From: Leucoraja erinacea
Taxonomy: Eukaryota
Assembly: GCF_028641065.1 (NCBI RefSeq)
Contig: NC_073391.1
Location: forward strand, 11,160,001-11,224,000
Direction of reading: 5' to 3'
DNA: 64,000 nt
In this document: in pieces, positions 12,165-24,178 of the stretch
How positions within the stretch are numbered: position 1 is the first letter of the stretch
Layout: each line of letters begins with the position of its first letter
The notes under the pieces: model-generated
The model's database searches: none
What the model was told of the DNA's origin: nothing
Seen by the model: only the letters and a program-made list of their open reading frames with translations
Program-made: the position numbers and the translations under genes

Positions 12165-12445
12165 AAATTAGTTGTTTGGCCTGCCATGAGCTTGAAACTG
12201 CAATGGCAATGGAAATGTAGTGAAAATGCAATCAGCTGTTTGGCTTGAGCCTGCCCTATGCTTGAAAGTGCAGTGGCAATGGAAAAGAAGTGAAAATGCA
12301 ATCAGCTGTTTGGCTTGAGCCTGCCCTGTGCTTGAAAGTGCAATGGCAATGGAAATTAAGTGAAAATGCAATGAGCTATTCGGCCTGCCCTGTGCTTGAA
12401 ACTGCAATGCAATTGGAAATTAAATGAAATTAGTTGTTTGGCCTG
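12165..12445 (+). repeat. ~60-65 bp minisatellite (~4.5 copies) inside Helitron H2
   Basis: Unit approximately GAAAATGCAATCAGCTGTTTGGCTTGAGCCTGCCCTGTGCTTGAAAGTGCAATGGCAATGGAAA. Confidence 0.9.
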
Positions 12446-12839
12446 CGTGAAACCACTAATTTCAGCCTTAACCAGTCCCTTTTACCCAAAATACCCGTAT
12501 TGGCCCAGGAGGAGCATTTTGGCCCAAAAGGCCCATGCCAGGTGAGGAAAATTTCACTCCAATTTTTTTTAAAAGAGCCCCTTCGGCTCATCAGGCATGT
12601 ACTAGCCCAGGAGTCCCTTCGGCCCATCCCCCTGCATGTATTAAACCGCGCCCCAGTATTTTTCTTCCTCCCTTCATTTGCTCCATGTGAGATCCTGGCC
12701 AGGATAGACTTTTCTCCTTCATTGCTGTGATCTGCAGAAAAATATGAAAAATGTCTAAAATTGATTCTCCACCCTCTCTCCCCTTCTCTCTCACAGAGTC
12801 TCTCACCTGTTTTGGGTAGAATTTCTGGCAGTTTCTGAA

Positions 12840-13000
12840 CTGCCAGCCCAGCAGGCCTGAGTGACTGAGCTGCCAGCCCACCAGGCCTGAGTGACTGAGC
12901 TGCCAGCCCACCAGGCCTGAGTGACTGAGCTGCCAGTCCACCCAACCTGAGTGACTGAGCTGCCAGCCCACCAGGCCTGAGTGACTGAGCTGCCAGCCCA
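12840..13000 (+). repeat. 30-bp minisatellite (5+ copies) inside Helitron H2
   Basis: CTGCCAGCCCACCAGGCCTGAGTGACTGAG head-to-tail with no spacers. Confidence 0.95.
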
Positions 13001-13199
13001 AAAAACCCACTCGGCCCACAATGTCCATACTAGCCCTCTGGAAACCAGTCCCTTCAGCCCACAACACCCATACTAGCACTCCAGAAAGCCCCCCCCCCCC
13101 CACCTGCTCCTCCCCACTGGCCAACAATATTGGAATTGGTGGAGAGGTGGAATATTGCATTAGGGGTCATCCCTACCCAATGGGTCCCACTTAGTCTAG

Positions 13200-13560
13200 T
13201 TACAATATAAAACTCTGATCTTGGATGTTTATTTGTGGGGATGTTTGTTTACTTAAACGTTTTCTTTGATTCACATCTCCTCGAAAACCCGTTGTGGTAA
13301 CGGTGAAATTTTTATATATTCCGGTAGAGATTTACCTCATGATTTCAAAAATCCCCTTATCTGTAAATTTGATTCATTATATCCCAAGCTGTTTACGAAA
13401 ATTGTTCACCAATCTGATATCTTTTTAAAATGTAACGTGCGGAAACGAGCTGGATGACGTCACAATGCCTTTGCTCCTCGCGGCGACTGCGCAGAGTTTT
13501 CAACACGCAGCCATGAGCTGCGAGTTATTTGGCCCAGCCGGCCTCCCCCCTCCAGCTTGT
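13200..13560 (+). mobile_element. 5' part of another Helitron subfamily (H3) abutting the 3' end of H2
   Basis: TATAAAACTCTGATCTTGGATG and GATGACGTCACAATG match the 5' region of H5 (49065-50433); no 3' CTAG found. Confidence 0.7.
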
Positions 13561-13574
13561 TGTGTCTATTTTCA

Positions 13575-13905
13575 GAAGAAACTGCAGATGGGGTTTACAA
13601 TAAAAGACACAAAGTGCTGGAATATTCATTGCCATGGCTTCACAATTCTATCCTCATCTATCATCTTCTTATCCCACAAGTTTTGTATTTTCCTCTCTGG
13701 GCTTTATCCAACCATCTGCTAACCAAAAAAAAACCTTTCACCTCTATCCACCTCTCATTTTCCAGGCTTTGTCCTTCCTCCACCTTTCTTCCAGCTTTCT
13801 CCCCACTCCCACCCTCACCTCAATCCGTCTGAAGAAGGGTCTTGACCATGTTCTCCAGAGAAGTTGCGTGCCACACTGAGATATTCCAGCACTTTGTGTC
13901 TTTGC
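13575..13905. mobile_element. Penelope-derived 3' repeat remnants
   Basis: AACTGCAGATG...GACACAAAGTGCTGGA antisense piece and CTGAAGAAGGGTCTTGACC sense piece. Confidence 0.65.
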
Positions 13906-14107
13906 AGGTGGGCATTGCATTGCAGTAACTGATGCATTAGCATGGATTCTACCCTGCTGCCAACACATGATCGATGATCATTAATCTTTTTGTTTGAAGC
14001 ACGGAACCCAAAGTAGTAGTTATTTCCCTCAGCTCTGTAGAATTTACTTTTCCCTTCCGTTTCCAGATCGTCCTCTCACTACTGCTCATTGATTCATATA
14101 ATAAAAC

Positions 14108-14250
14108 TCTGTCAGCAGTAGTTCAATATCTGAGTCGGAGATTGTGGATTTATTCCTTTTCTAAAGATGTGAGGCCACAATTCAAAGGATACTCCAATGC
14201 AGCACTGATGAAGGACACCATTGTTGAATATACTGCCTTTTAGATGACTC
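14108..14250 (+). mobile_element. Ancient DeuSINE/SacSINE1-like SINE fragment
   Basis: CTGAGTCGGAGATTGTGG...ACTCCAATGCAGCACTGA...TGCCTTTTAGATGA resembles the family consensus as I recall it; highly diverged. Confidence 0.4.
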
Positions 14251-14450
14251 AGTTTTAGATTCAGATCATTTAACTATCATATACACAAGTAATAACATTT
14301 CTTGTTCACATGGTGCTCATAGACTAAACAGCATGGTAATGATATATACAATAATAAATACAAGTGCAAAATAGCAGAATGGTGCAAAGAGTGCGGTGTC
14401 ATCTGAAATTGTCTAAAAATATACTGAAGTGCAATAATTTAAGAATCAGA

Positions 14451-14734
14451 GTACATCCAAACATGAGAACAGCTTCTTCCCCATTGCTATCAGATACCTG
14501 AACCTATCACCTCTTTCACACCTCCTTCCCAAAGGTGCTGTCGTGTATTGCATTGTATTGTATTGTATTGTATATCTTTATTGTCATTTCATGTGAATAC
14601 TTAGGAAATGACAATAAAGATATACAATACAATACAATACATGATAGTACCTTTGGGAAGGAGGTGTGAAAGAGGTGATTGGTTCAGGTATCTGATAGCA
14701 ATGGGGAAGAAGCTGTTCTCATCTTTGGATGTAC
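14451..14734. repeat. 284-bp near-perfect palindrome (arms ~130-140 bp, 14-nt loop) in a Rex-like remnant
   Basis: 14451-14590 is the reverse complement of 14605-14734 with a few mismatches and a difference in (TATTG)n copy number. Confidence 0.95.
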
Positions 14735-15049
14735 AGGGCTTCCAGGTTTCTGTATCTTCTCACAGAAGGTAGAAGAGAGAAAAGGATATCCAGTATGGCA
14801 CGCATCCTTGACACCTAACCTACCAAACATTATCTTTCTTTTAAGTCTAGACTTAAAACTTATTTCTATTCTCAAGCCTTTCATGAGGTTGTCTGAGGGA
14901 GCGCAGTATATATGTATCTATGTATGTATTGTTGATCTATGTACCATCGTTTGTAGCACGTTAGTACCTGCACCAATTTAAAGCACTTTGGTCAACGAGA
15001 GTTGTTTTTAAATGTGCTATAGAAATAAAATTGACTTGACTTGACTGAC

Positions 15050-16831
15050 TCTTCTGATAAGGCTCGAGAATAGTGGGAGAAGGCACAGGGGCATCGACAC
15101 TTGTTGATTGTTTAGCGGGCATAGCGTTCTTTGACTGTACAGTTTTTTTTTCTTTTCATTGTATATTTCCCTATTGCAGGCAAGAGCATTCTGTTTCTGC
15201 TTGTCAGTTTTTGCCAATCTCTCGTAATTGATGTCCATATCTTCCAACATCTGTACGCCACTGCTGACAGCAGCAAACACCTCCTCCAGTTTCCATGTCA
15301 TGAATGTTTTCGATGCCTCAGTTATAACTTCTTCTTCATCTGCTTCTTCTTTACTTCTTTCTTCCTCCAGTTCGATCAGCTCCTCATTGGAAAGTTCTTC
15401 AGCCTCAATGCCAACAAGCTTATGAATATCTTGTTCATCAATTCCAATTCTAGCTGTTTCCCATGAATAAATATCTTGTACTTACTATGTCATCAACAGC
15501 AGAAACTTTGTAAAAGCCTTTGAATGTGTTCACATATGTCTTCATAACTTTCTTCCGAACACTGTTCATGTATTGCTGTGTGACTTCTTCCCAGGCTGCA
15601 GCGATGTTCCAGATAGCATTTAGAAAGTTAAAACCTTTCCAAAACTCTCAGTGTTCGGCCAGATTCAGTCGCTTGAGCAGCCTGCGCAAATGTTTGGCGT
15701 AAATAGTAGGCTTTGAACACAGCTATTGTGCCTTGGTCCATTGGTTGAATGAGTGCGGTTGTGTTCGGCGGCAAATACACAACCTATACATCGGGATGCA
15801 TGTCGCCGATATGCTGCGGATGGCCTGGAACATTATCCAAAATCAGAAGAATTTTTAATGGGATGTTGTTTTGCCTACAATATTCTCTTGCCTGCGGAAT
15901 AAAACAATTTAGAAACTAGTCTTCAAACAATGCTAATGTCATCCAGACAATTATTTTATGCAGCTCATCCTTAAAAACTTTGATACCTTCAGTATCGGCA
16001 CGCTGCCTCGCCGCTGCCCTTCACATTATGAAAATTATGATGCCTTTTGAGGCATTGGAACCATCCATGACTTGCTGTGAACACTTGCGTGTGCGTAGGA
16101 TCATCGGCATGCTCTTTTAGCGTATCGAAAATACTTCTTGCCTTAGCCTGGATCATCATTAGGCTAAACGCTATGCGCTTCTCTAACTGATCTTCCATCC
16201 ACGTGATAAATAATCTCTCCATATCATCAATCGGCCCAGCTCTTTTCTTTGTGATGACCGTGGATTTAATCGATGCTGACAATTTCACTCCATCACTGAT
16301 TCGCGTCTTATCCTTTAAGATTCTTGGTTCTTGGTTTCTTGGTCCTCCAAAATATTACAAATGGAATTTAAACTGGAGGTGGTGAGATCGTCGATTGCGA
16401 AAGTCCTAACTCATGCGCGACGACCATTACTGGCTTGCCGCCTTCATGCTGGGCAATTATCTTGCGTTTTATCTCAAGATTAATTGCCTTCCTCTTCTTC
16501 TTCTCACCAGAAGCAGGAGACGTAGATGGGCGTTTTGTAGACATGATGGGATACAAAAACACAAAACACGATACATTGTATCCAAAAACGCTGGCAACAC
16601 ATCAACCTGTTGATGTAGAGTATCAGTTATTTGATGGCGTGGCTGACTGGGAGCTGCAGCTCGCTGCCGTTGCCCAGCATCACGAGAGAGTATTTAACCG
16701 CATATCACTAGCCCGGGAAAAGATCAAAATTCAAAATTCGAAGAACGTTTCTTACTAAATGTGTATCGCTTTTGCACCATCGTGAAATCGAAATATCGTA
16801 AGTCGAGGCATCATAAGTCGAGGATTATCTG
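15050..16831 (-). mobile_element. Tigger/pogo DNA transposon, internally deleted and 3'-truncated, with MER82-like 5' end
   Basis: TIR CAGATAATCCTCGACTTATGATG starting at 16831 next to TA; transposase remnants: psq-type HTH (KRKAINLEIK), CENP-B HTH (FTASHGWF), DDE (LLILDN...LPPNTTALIQPMDQG). Confidence 0.92.
15060..16546 (-). pseudogene. Disrupted Tigger/TIGD1-like DD32D transposase
   Basis: ORF pieces 16368-16562, 15989-16288 and 15017-15301 plus manual translation of ~15700-15970; stops; ~60-bp insertion at ~16320-16380; deletion near 15945 removes the first catalytic Asp region. Confidence 0.88.
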
Positions 16832-16999
16832 TATTGCCAAATTGATTGTTAGCATAGCTGAATGACACATCATGACAGATTTACAAACTAGGTAATAGTT
16901 ACACAAAATATTTGTTCTCAATGCAGTCTTAATATCTAACAAATTACAATTGTGAGCAAATATGTGAAACCCTTCAACATTCACACGTCAGCTGACCAA

Positions 17000-18150
17000 T
17001 AGTGTCCAAAAGTTTGATAGTTATTGGAAAGCTGTTCCTGGACCTGGAGGTCATGGTTTTCACATTCCTATACCATTTTCCCGATGGCAGGAGTGAATGA
17101 GAGCGTGGCCAGAGTGGTGTGGGTCCTTGATGATGCTGGCTGCCATTTTGATGCAGCGTCTCCTGTAGATCGCTTTGATGGTGGGGAAGTCAGTACTCAT
17201 GATAGAATGGGCAATGTCAACCACTTTTTGTAATCTTATTCTTTTCTGGGGATTTAAGTTGCCGATTCAGACCTTGATGCTACGTCAATATGCTCTCTAT
17301 TATACACCTGTGGAAGTTCAAGAGAATATTCATTGACAAACCTAATCTCCTCAATCTTCTCAGGACATAGAGGCAATGAAGGGGTTTTGTTGTGATTGCA
17401 TTAATAGGCTGAGGCCAGATCCTTAGAGATTTTAAAGGGCGGCATGGTGGCACAGCGGCATAGTTGCTGCCTTACAGCACTTGCAGCGCCAGAGAACTAT
17501 GGGAGTTTGTACGTTCTCCCCATTACCTGCGTGGGTTTTCTCCAAGATCTTCGGTTTCCTCCCACACTACAAAGACGTACGGGTTTGTAGGTAAATTGGC
17601 TTGGTAAATGTAAAAATTGTTCCTAGTGTGTGTAGGATAGTGTTAATGTGTGGGGGTCGAAGGTCAGCACGGACATGGTGGGCCGAAGGGCCTGTTTCCG
17701 TGCTGTCTAAGCAAAACTAAACTAAACTAAACTATATGCACGTCCAGGAACTTGAAGTTGTTGATTCCCTCCGCCACTGACCTGTTGATGAAGACACTTT
17801 CATGGATCCTCTGCCTACCTGTTCTACAGTTCACAATCAGCTCCTTGGTGATTATGTTGTTGAGAACAAGGTTGTTGGTCTGGCACAATTTAAGCAGATT
17901 CCTTCCAATACTCTGACTCATCATTGCCCATAATTCATCCCACAATGCGGTGTCATTGGTAAATTTACAGATGGAGTTGGAACTGTCTCTGGCTACACAG
18001 TCTTAGGTATAGAGTGAGCAGAGAAGGGGGCTGAGCATACAGTCTTGATGTGCCAGAGTGCTGCGCTGATTGTTATCGTGGAGGAATAATATTGTCAAAT
18101 TGTACCAATTGTGATCTGTTGATGAGAAAGTCGAAGATCACATCCAGTTG
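17000..18150 (-). mobile_element. Decayed Rex1/Babar-like LINE fragment split by a SINE
   Basis: ORF 17727-17945 (NNLVLN, TKELIVN, NFKFLDVHI) is homologous to the 44765-45463 ORF. Confidence 0.8.
17436..17733 (+). mobile_element. HE1/V-SINE
   Basis: Head, V-core and (AAACT)n tail. Confidence 0.9.
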
Positions 18151-18204
18151 ATATTTTTAAATCATAGTATGTCCTCAATTAATTTACTCTATGTTCATTG
18201 GTAA

Positions 18205-18442
18205 AGGGCCTGTCCTACTTTCATGAATTAATTCACAACCGTTTATACTTGTGGACATTTTTCATCAGGCTAGAAAAAATGCCCCGACCTACTTGATGCC
18301 ACGACTACCCACAACTAGCTTCACGGCCTGCTACGACTTACATACGACCTCCTACGACCTTGTGACGACCATGCGGCGAGTATGAGTCAAAGGCAAACTC
18401 GGCAGAGGTCGTGAATTAGGTCGTGAAAGTGGGACAGGTCCT
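18205..18442. mobile_element. PIF/Harbinger-type MITE
   Basis: TIRs AGGGCCTGTCCTACTTTCATGA and TCGTGAAAGTGGGACAGGTCCT; TAA TSD at 18202-18204 and 18443-18445; internal TACGAC repeats. Confidence 0.9.
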
Positions 18443-19434
18443 TAAGTCTAAACTATTCTGAGATTTTATAAATGAGCAGAAAAGAGATTGGGTGGGCAAT
18501 TCACAATTTGCTGTTGACATGAAAATACATTAAAGTTCTACATTAGATAAACAGTCTGCACGAGACAAAGATGTGTTGTGACTCCAGTGGCAGATTGCTT
18601 TATTTGCAGACAAGTAAATGTCATCGGTTCCACGAAAGATATGGCCAGACAATTATACAGTATTTGCAATTATCCACTCACGGTTGTATGGTAAAAGATA
18701 ATGAAACTTGATGGTCTGCCTCAGGGTCACACTATATTGTGAAAGTAAATAAAATGTTAGAGGAATGGGTAAAATAACTGAAAATGAAAGCTGAGGTATA
18801 ACAATGCCAAGTTTTAATTTGGAAAGGAGTGGGAATTCTGGAAAAAGATCAGAGGTGGCCAACAATTTACTGCTGAGTTTGAAGCACTTACATTTCATTT
18901 GGCATTGAGAAACCAGATTCTTCACTCAATTGTCCATGAATAAATTGAAAATAAAATTCTAATAATGAAAATAAGGAAAACATTGTTTGCTAACAATTAA
19001 TTTTACTGGATCAATGATGCCCAAAGAAAAATGAATATCAAGCTATTCCCATCTGTAAATGTTGTTAATCTAATGAATGTATTGATCAGGCAATGCAAGC
19101 AATTTGTTATCACTCGGATGCAGTAGCGTGTTCACAAGTCTGGGACTATGCAATGTTACAATACAAACTAGATTAACATTATGGATTTTAAGCATTAACA
19201 AAACATTAAATGTTTTCATGATTCTATGCAAAACAAAAATTAAATACTGAAAGAGACATGACTATTCAGAATATAAAATTGAATTGATATTGATTTCGAT
19301 GCTCTCAACAGATTTTTTGAAATCATTTTCTATTTTTTTTTTCATTCACAGCTAAGTATCTGGGATTAGCTGTAGACATGCAGAGTTAGTTATCATTCAT
19401 ATCTTGGGCATGTTAAAGTTGATCTGACCTGTGA

Positions 19435-19934
19435 AGGCACAGGGAATTGCAGATGCTGGTTCACAAAGAAAGACACAATATGCTGGAGTAACTCAGCTGA
19501 TTGGGTAGCAAGAGAGGGTTGGGTGGGATGGGGGGGGGGGTAGCTTAAAACCTAACAGTATGAACATACAATTTTCCAATTCCAGGTAAATAACCAACTT
19601 ACCCCCCCCCCCCCCCCCCCCCCCCCCCCACCTTTCCCTGTGCCCCTCATAGATTTGCATCCATTTCCTTTGTTCCCTCTCTCCCTGTCCCCTTCCACAT
19701 ATAATGCTTCTTCTGACTTCACAATTCGCCCTTCTTCTGTCCTTATCTTATTCTTTAGTAACTCGTCAGTTTCTTTGTTGAACTAAATTAAGGCGCATGT
19801 TGCAATCAAAAGCGCTTGAACAATTGGTTGGGAAGAAAGCCAAACTGTAAGAAAGACGACTGCCCATGTCTCATCTCTGACCTTTGTCTAACCATTTATC
19901 TATCACCCCCCACCTCCCCTCACCTATCCACCTA

Positions 19935-19965
<31 letters not shown>

Positions 19966-20080
19966 ACTTTCCACCATAACCAGTCTGAAAAAGGATCTTG
20001 ACCTGAAACGTCACATCCCAGTTTCCAAGTTCTCTAGAATGACTGCGTGGTCCATTGAGTTACTCAAGCACTTTGCATCT
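19435..20080. mobile_element. Penelope-derived remnants with poly-C tracts
   Basis: Antisense unit 19435-19510; sense unit with CAGTCTGAAAAAGGATCTTGACCTGAAACGTC at 19981-20012. Confidence 0.65.
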
Positions 20081-20384
20081 TGGTCTGATTGATGGCCTTC
20101 ACGGTTTAAGTGGGTAGCGAGTCAAGGACTGCAGGATGCTGATCTGGCAATGTCCACTCCCTGAGAATGCTATTCTTTACGGGTAGTATCTATCTGAGAC
20201 ATTCTGCCCTGCAAGAAGCCACAAATTCAGGGCTTTAGCTCATTCTAGTTTATTTTCTCTGCGCATGCCTTTCTTCAGAGAAAAACATCAAGTCCTGACT
20301 GGAAAATCTTGATGCCAGCAATACAACTAAAATAATTAATCTTGTGGCAGTGAGATTGGTGTGAGATGTGTGTGGTGTATTAAT

Positions 20385-21790
20385 ATGCTGGGGCATTTTG
20401 AGATCACAAGGAGATGATGTTGCATATCTTGAAAGCATTGAAGTGGATAAGCCCTCAGGGCCTGATTGTGTCTATTCCATGTTATTGAGAGACACAAGGG
20501 ACTTTGACAAAGATGTTTGTACCCTCTCTTGCCACTGGCAAAATCCCAGTCTGGAGAGAGGTTAATGTTGTTCCGTTGTTTAAAAAGGGAAATAGAAATA
20601 ATCCAGGAAATTATAGCCTATGCGTCTCACATTAATGGTAGGGAGGCGAGTGGAGAGGAATCTTAGAGACACAATTTCAATGCATTTGGAAGATAATGCA
20701 CTAAGTGGAGACAGCTTATCTTTCTGCGGTAGTTTGTGTCTCACAAAGTTGATTGAAATGTTTGAGGAAGGTGATTGATGCGGGCACAACAGTGGATGTT
20801 GTGTACAAGGACTTTGGTAAAGCATTTGACAAAGTTTCTCATGGTAGACAGATCCAGAAGATGAAGATACATAGGATCCATGATGACTTGTCGGTCAGAT
20901 GCCAGTGGGAAGAAGGTTCTCGATCCAAAATGTCAACCATTCCTTCTTCCCAGAGATGCTGCCTGGCCCGCTGAGTAAGTCCAACATTTTGTGTCTATCT
21001 TCAGTATAAACCAGCATCTGCAGCCCCTTCCTACACATCCATGATAACTTGGTAGTTTGTATTCAAGCCTGGCTTGTCCATAGATGGCAGACGGTAGTGG
21101 TGGAAGAGTTGGCCGGAGGTCTGTGACCAGTCGTGTCCCATCTGTGCTGGAATCTCTGCTGTTTGTGACGGATGAAAATATGTGTGGATTGGTTAGTAAG
21201 TTTGCAGATGACTCAAAAGTGGTGGAGTTGCTGACAGTAAACTAGGCTATCGAACGGTACAGCAGGAGATAGATCAGTTACAGATATGGGCAGTGAAATG
21301 GTAGAGTGAAATGCCTTAGAAGTAATCCAGACAAGTTGGGGAAGTATACATATAATAGCTTTATCTTGCACTAAATGTTATTCTCTTAAACATGCATCTG
21401 TACACTGTGGATGGCACAATTGTAATCATGTATAGTATTTCTGCTGACTGGTGGTAGCACACAACAATAGCTTTTCACTGTATCTCAGTACATGTGACAA
21501 TAAACTAAACTAAACTAAACGGATTGTTTTCTCTGGAGCATTGGAGGCCAAGCGGAGACCTTAGAAGTTTATTAAATTATGAGAGGCATGAATAGTGTAG
21601 ACAGTCAGAACCATTTTCCATTGTTGGAAATACTAGAGGGCGTAGTTTTAATCTCAGAGGGGGAAAGTTTAAAGGAGATGTATGGGGCAATAATTTTTAC
21701 ACATAGTAGTAGGTGGTTGGCAGACGCTGCTGAGGTGGTTGTGGAAGCAAATATGTAAGTGCCGAATAAAAGGTTTTTAGAACATGCAAG
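20385..21790 (+). mobile_element. Decayed CR1 LINE ORF2 interrupted by a Penelope unit (~20905-21037) and a Rex-type tail (~21350-21520)
   Basis: VDVVYKDFGKAFDKVSHGR in ORF 20753-20974; AAGTTTGCAGATGAC encodes KFADD at ~21198. Confidence 0.85.
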
Positions 21791-21935
21791 GAATGAATGC
21801 ACATGGCTCATTAATAGGTCCACCAAGTCTACTTCGCTATTCAATCATGGCTGATCTATCTCTCCCTCCTAACCCCATTCTCCTGCCGTCTACCCATAAC
21901 CCCCGACACCCTTACTCATCAACAATCTGTGAAAA

Positions 21936-23319
21936 TCTTTATTACTAATAGTCTCATCTTGACCACTTCCTGTCTGCTCTGTATATTGATTTTAGAAAAA
22001 AACACTACCATATATCGCTATGATTTATGACCATCTAACTCGTGGTCCTACTTTGCTGAGGCAGCCCCAAGGATTTTTCCGATCGATGAAAAATAATAAA
22101 GTAATGAATGTTTAAAAAATCTTGAGATCAGCTAATTGGGCCTGTCGCCTGTCAAACACCATGATGAAGGTAACGCCCCTTAAGGGGGGCCATGAATATA
22201 AAGCCCAAATGGTATGAAATTGCATTTGAATTTGGTGGCCTGCACTCTGCTTGAAATGGTATAAAATTGCATTTGAATTTGGTGGCCTGCACTCTGTTTG
22301 AAATGGAATTTCAAGGAATAGCCATGAGTCAACTGCCAGCCCAACAGCCGTGTCAGTCAACTGCCAGCCCACCAGCAATGAGTGAATGAACTGCCAGCCA
22401 ACCAGCAGTGAGTGAGTGAGTGAACTGCCAGCCCACTAGCCGTGAGTGAGTGAGTGAGTGAGTGAGTGAGTGAGTGAGTGAGTGAGTGAGTGAGTGAGTG
22501 AGTGAACTTCCAGCCCACCTTTGACCTACCTGAAACCACTAATTTCGGCCCTCAAGGCCACTATTAGCCGAGAAGCCAGTCTCTTTTGCCCAAAATGCCC
22601 GTATTATCCCAGGAGGAGCATTTTGACCCAAAAGGCCCGTGTCAGGCCAGGAACATTAAACAAAAAGTGCCTTTTACTGAGAGTTCACTCAGATTTTTTT
22701 TACGTCCCCTCGGCCCATCAGGCATGTACTAGCCCTGGAGGAGTCCCTTCGGCCCATCAGTAAGTGTTCCCTCTGTAAGTATTAAACCCCAGTATTTTTC
22801 TCTCTCCCTTCATTGGCTCCCTGTGAGATCCAGGCCAGGATAAAATGTCTAAAATTGATTCTCCACCCTCTCCCCCTTCTCTCTCACAGTCTCTCACTTG
22901 TTTTGGGCAGAATTTCTGGCAGTTTCTGATCTATCAGGCCCACCAGCCCTGAGTGACTGAGCTGCCAGCCCACCAGCCCTGAGTGACTGAGCTGCCAGCC
23001 CACCAGCCCTGAGTATCTGAGCTGCCAGCCCACCAGGCCTGAGTGACTGAGCTGCCAAGCTACCAGGCCTGAGTGACTGAGCTGGAACTCACCAGGCCTG
23101 AGTGACTGAGCTGCCAGCCCAAGAATCCATTCGACTCACAATGTCCATCCTAGCCCTCTGGAAACCAGTCCCTTTGGCCCACAACACCCATACTAACACT
23201 CCAGAAAGCCAGCCCCCAACTGGCCACCAATATTGGAATTAGTGGAGAGGTAGAATATTGCATTGGAATACCAGCCTTCCCATGTGAACATGGGACCCAA
23301 CAGATCCCATTTAGTCTAG
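21936..23319 (+). mobile_element. Non-autonomous Helitron H4 inserted in a CR1 3' UTR
   Basis: A|TCTTTATTACTAATAGTCTCATCTTG 5' end; TGGGACCCAACAGATCCCA hairpin then CTAG|T at 23316-23320; host CR1 continues on both sides without TSD; contains (TGAG)n at 22443-22505 and the 30-bp repeat at ~22935-23120. Confidence 0.88.
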
Positions 23320-23477
23320 TCTGCCTTAAAAATATTAATTGACTTGGCCTCCACAACCAGCATGGCAATGAATTCACCGACAGGTTCACCACCACGGTAG
23401 AAGGGATTAGTTTGTTGAGAAGTTAATTATTCAACCAGAGGGAAGGATGGTGTAGTAGAAAAAGGCTGGGGGGAGGG

Positions 23478-23800
23478 ATATACCTGAAAGTGGATAATTC
23501 AATGTTCATCCCATTGAATTGCTATGAAATATGAGATGCTATTCTTCCAGATTGTGAGTGGCCTCAGTCTGGCAATGGAGGAGGCCAAGGACTGGCAAGT
23601 CACAAAAGGAGTGGGATGGGAAATTGAAATGGCTGGCAGCCTAGAGCTGCAGTTGGCCCTGGTGGACAGGATTACGTGTTCAACACAGCAGTTGTCTATG
23701 CTTGGGCTTAGTGATGAAGAAGAGACCATATTGAGAGCACTGAATGCAATGGAGGTTGGAGGAGATGCATGTAAACATCTTTCTCTGGAAGGATGGGGAT
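23478..23800 (-). mobile_element. Decayed Penelope GIY-YIG endonuclease fragment
   Basis: Reverse homologue of 47590-47890. Confidence 0.7.
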
Positions 23801-23819
23801 TGTGAGGAAACATGATGGA

Positions 23820-24178
23820 AGTATATATCATTATGAGAGGCATAGATTTGGTAGACAATTAGAACATTTTCCCAGTTTCAAAAAGATCAAATACTAGAGG
23901 GCATAGGTTTAAGGTGAGAAATTAGTGTAAAACGTAAAGGAGATGTGTGGAGCAAGTTTTTTTCACACAGAGGGTGGTGAGTACCTGGAATGCACTGCTT
24001 TGTGTGTGATATAATAGTAGCATTTAAGAGATGTTTGAATAGGTATATGGACAGGCAGGGAATGGAGGGATGTGAATTATCTGCAGACAGATAAGAAATG
24101 GTCCTGACATTATATTTGGCATAGACTTTGTGAGCTAAAGGACCTGTTCTTGTGCTGTACTGTTCTATGGTCTACTGT
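23820..24178 (+). mobile_element. CR1 LINE 3' end
   Basis: ACTAGAGGGCATAGGTTTAAGGTGAG (TRGHRFKV), CAGAGGGTGGTG...TGGAATGCACTG and CR1 tail. Confidence 0.8.

Larger units (their letters stand above)
11776..13199 (+). mobile_element. Non-autonomous Helitron H2 with two minisatellites
   Basis: A|TCTAT...ATAATTAAAAGTTTCATCTTG 5' end; ACCCAATGGGT hairpin then CTAG|T at 13196-13200; homologous to 21936-23319. Confidence 0.85.

Noticed and set aside
12430-13160. ORFs with 10-aa repeats and a CRISPR-like look
   Set aside because: Head-to-tail 30-bp minisatellite with no spacers, open in several frames, eukaryotic context, no cas genes
19603-19965. Long poly-C runs
   Set aside because: Homopolymers within Penelope remnants; length unreliable and no independent signal
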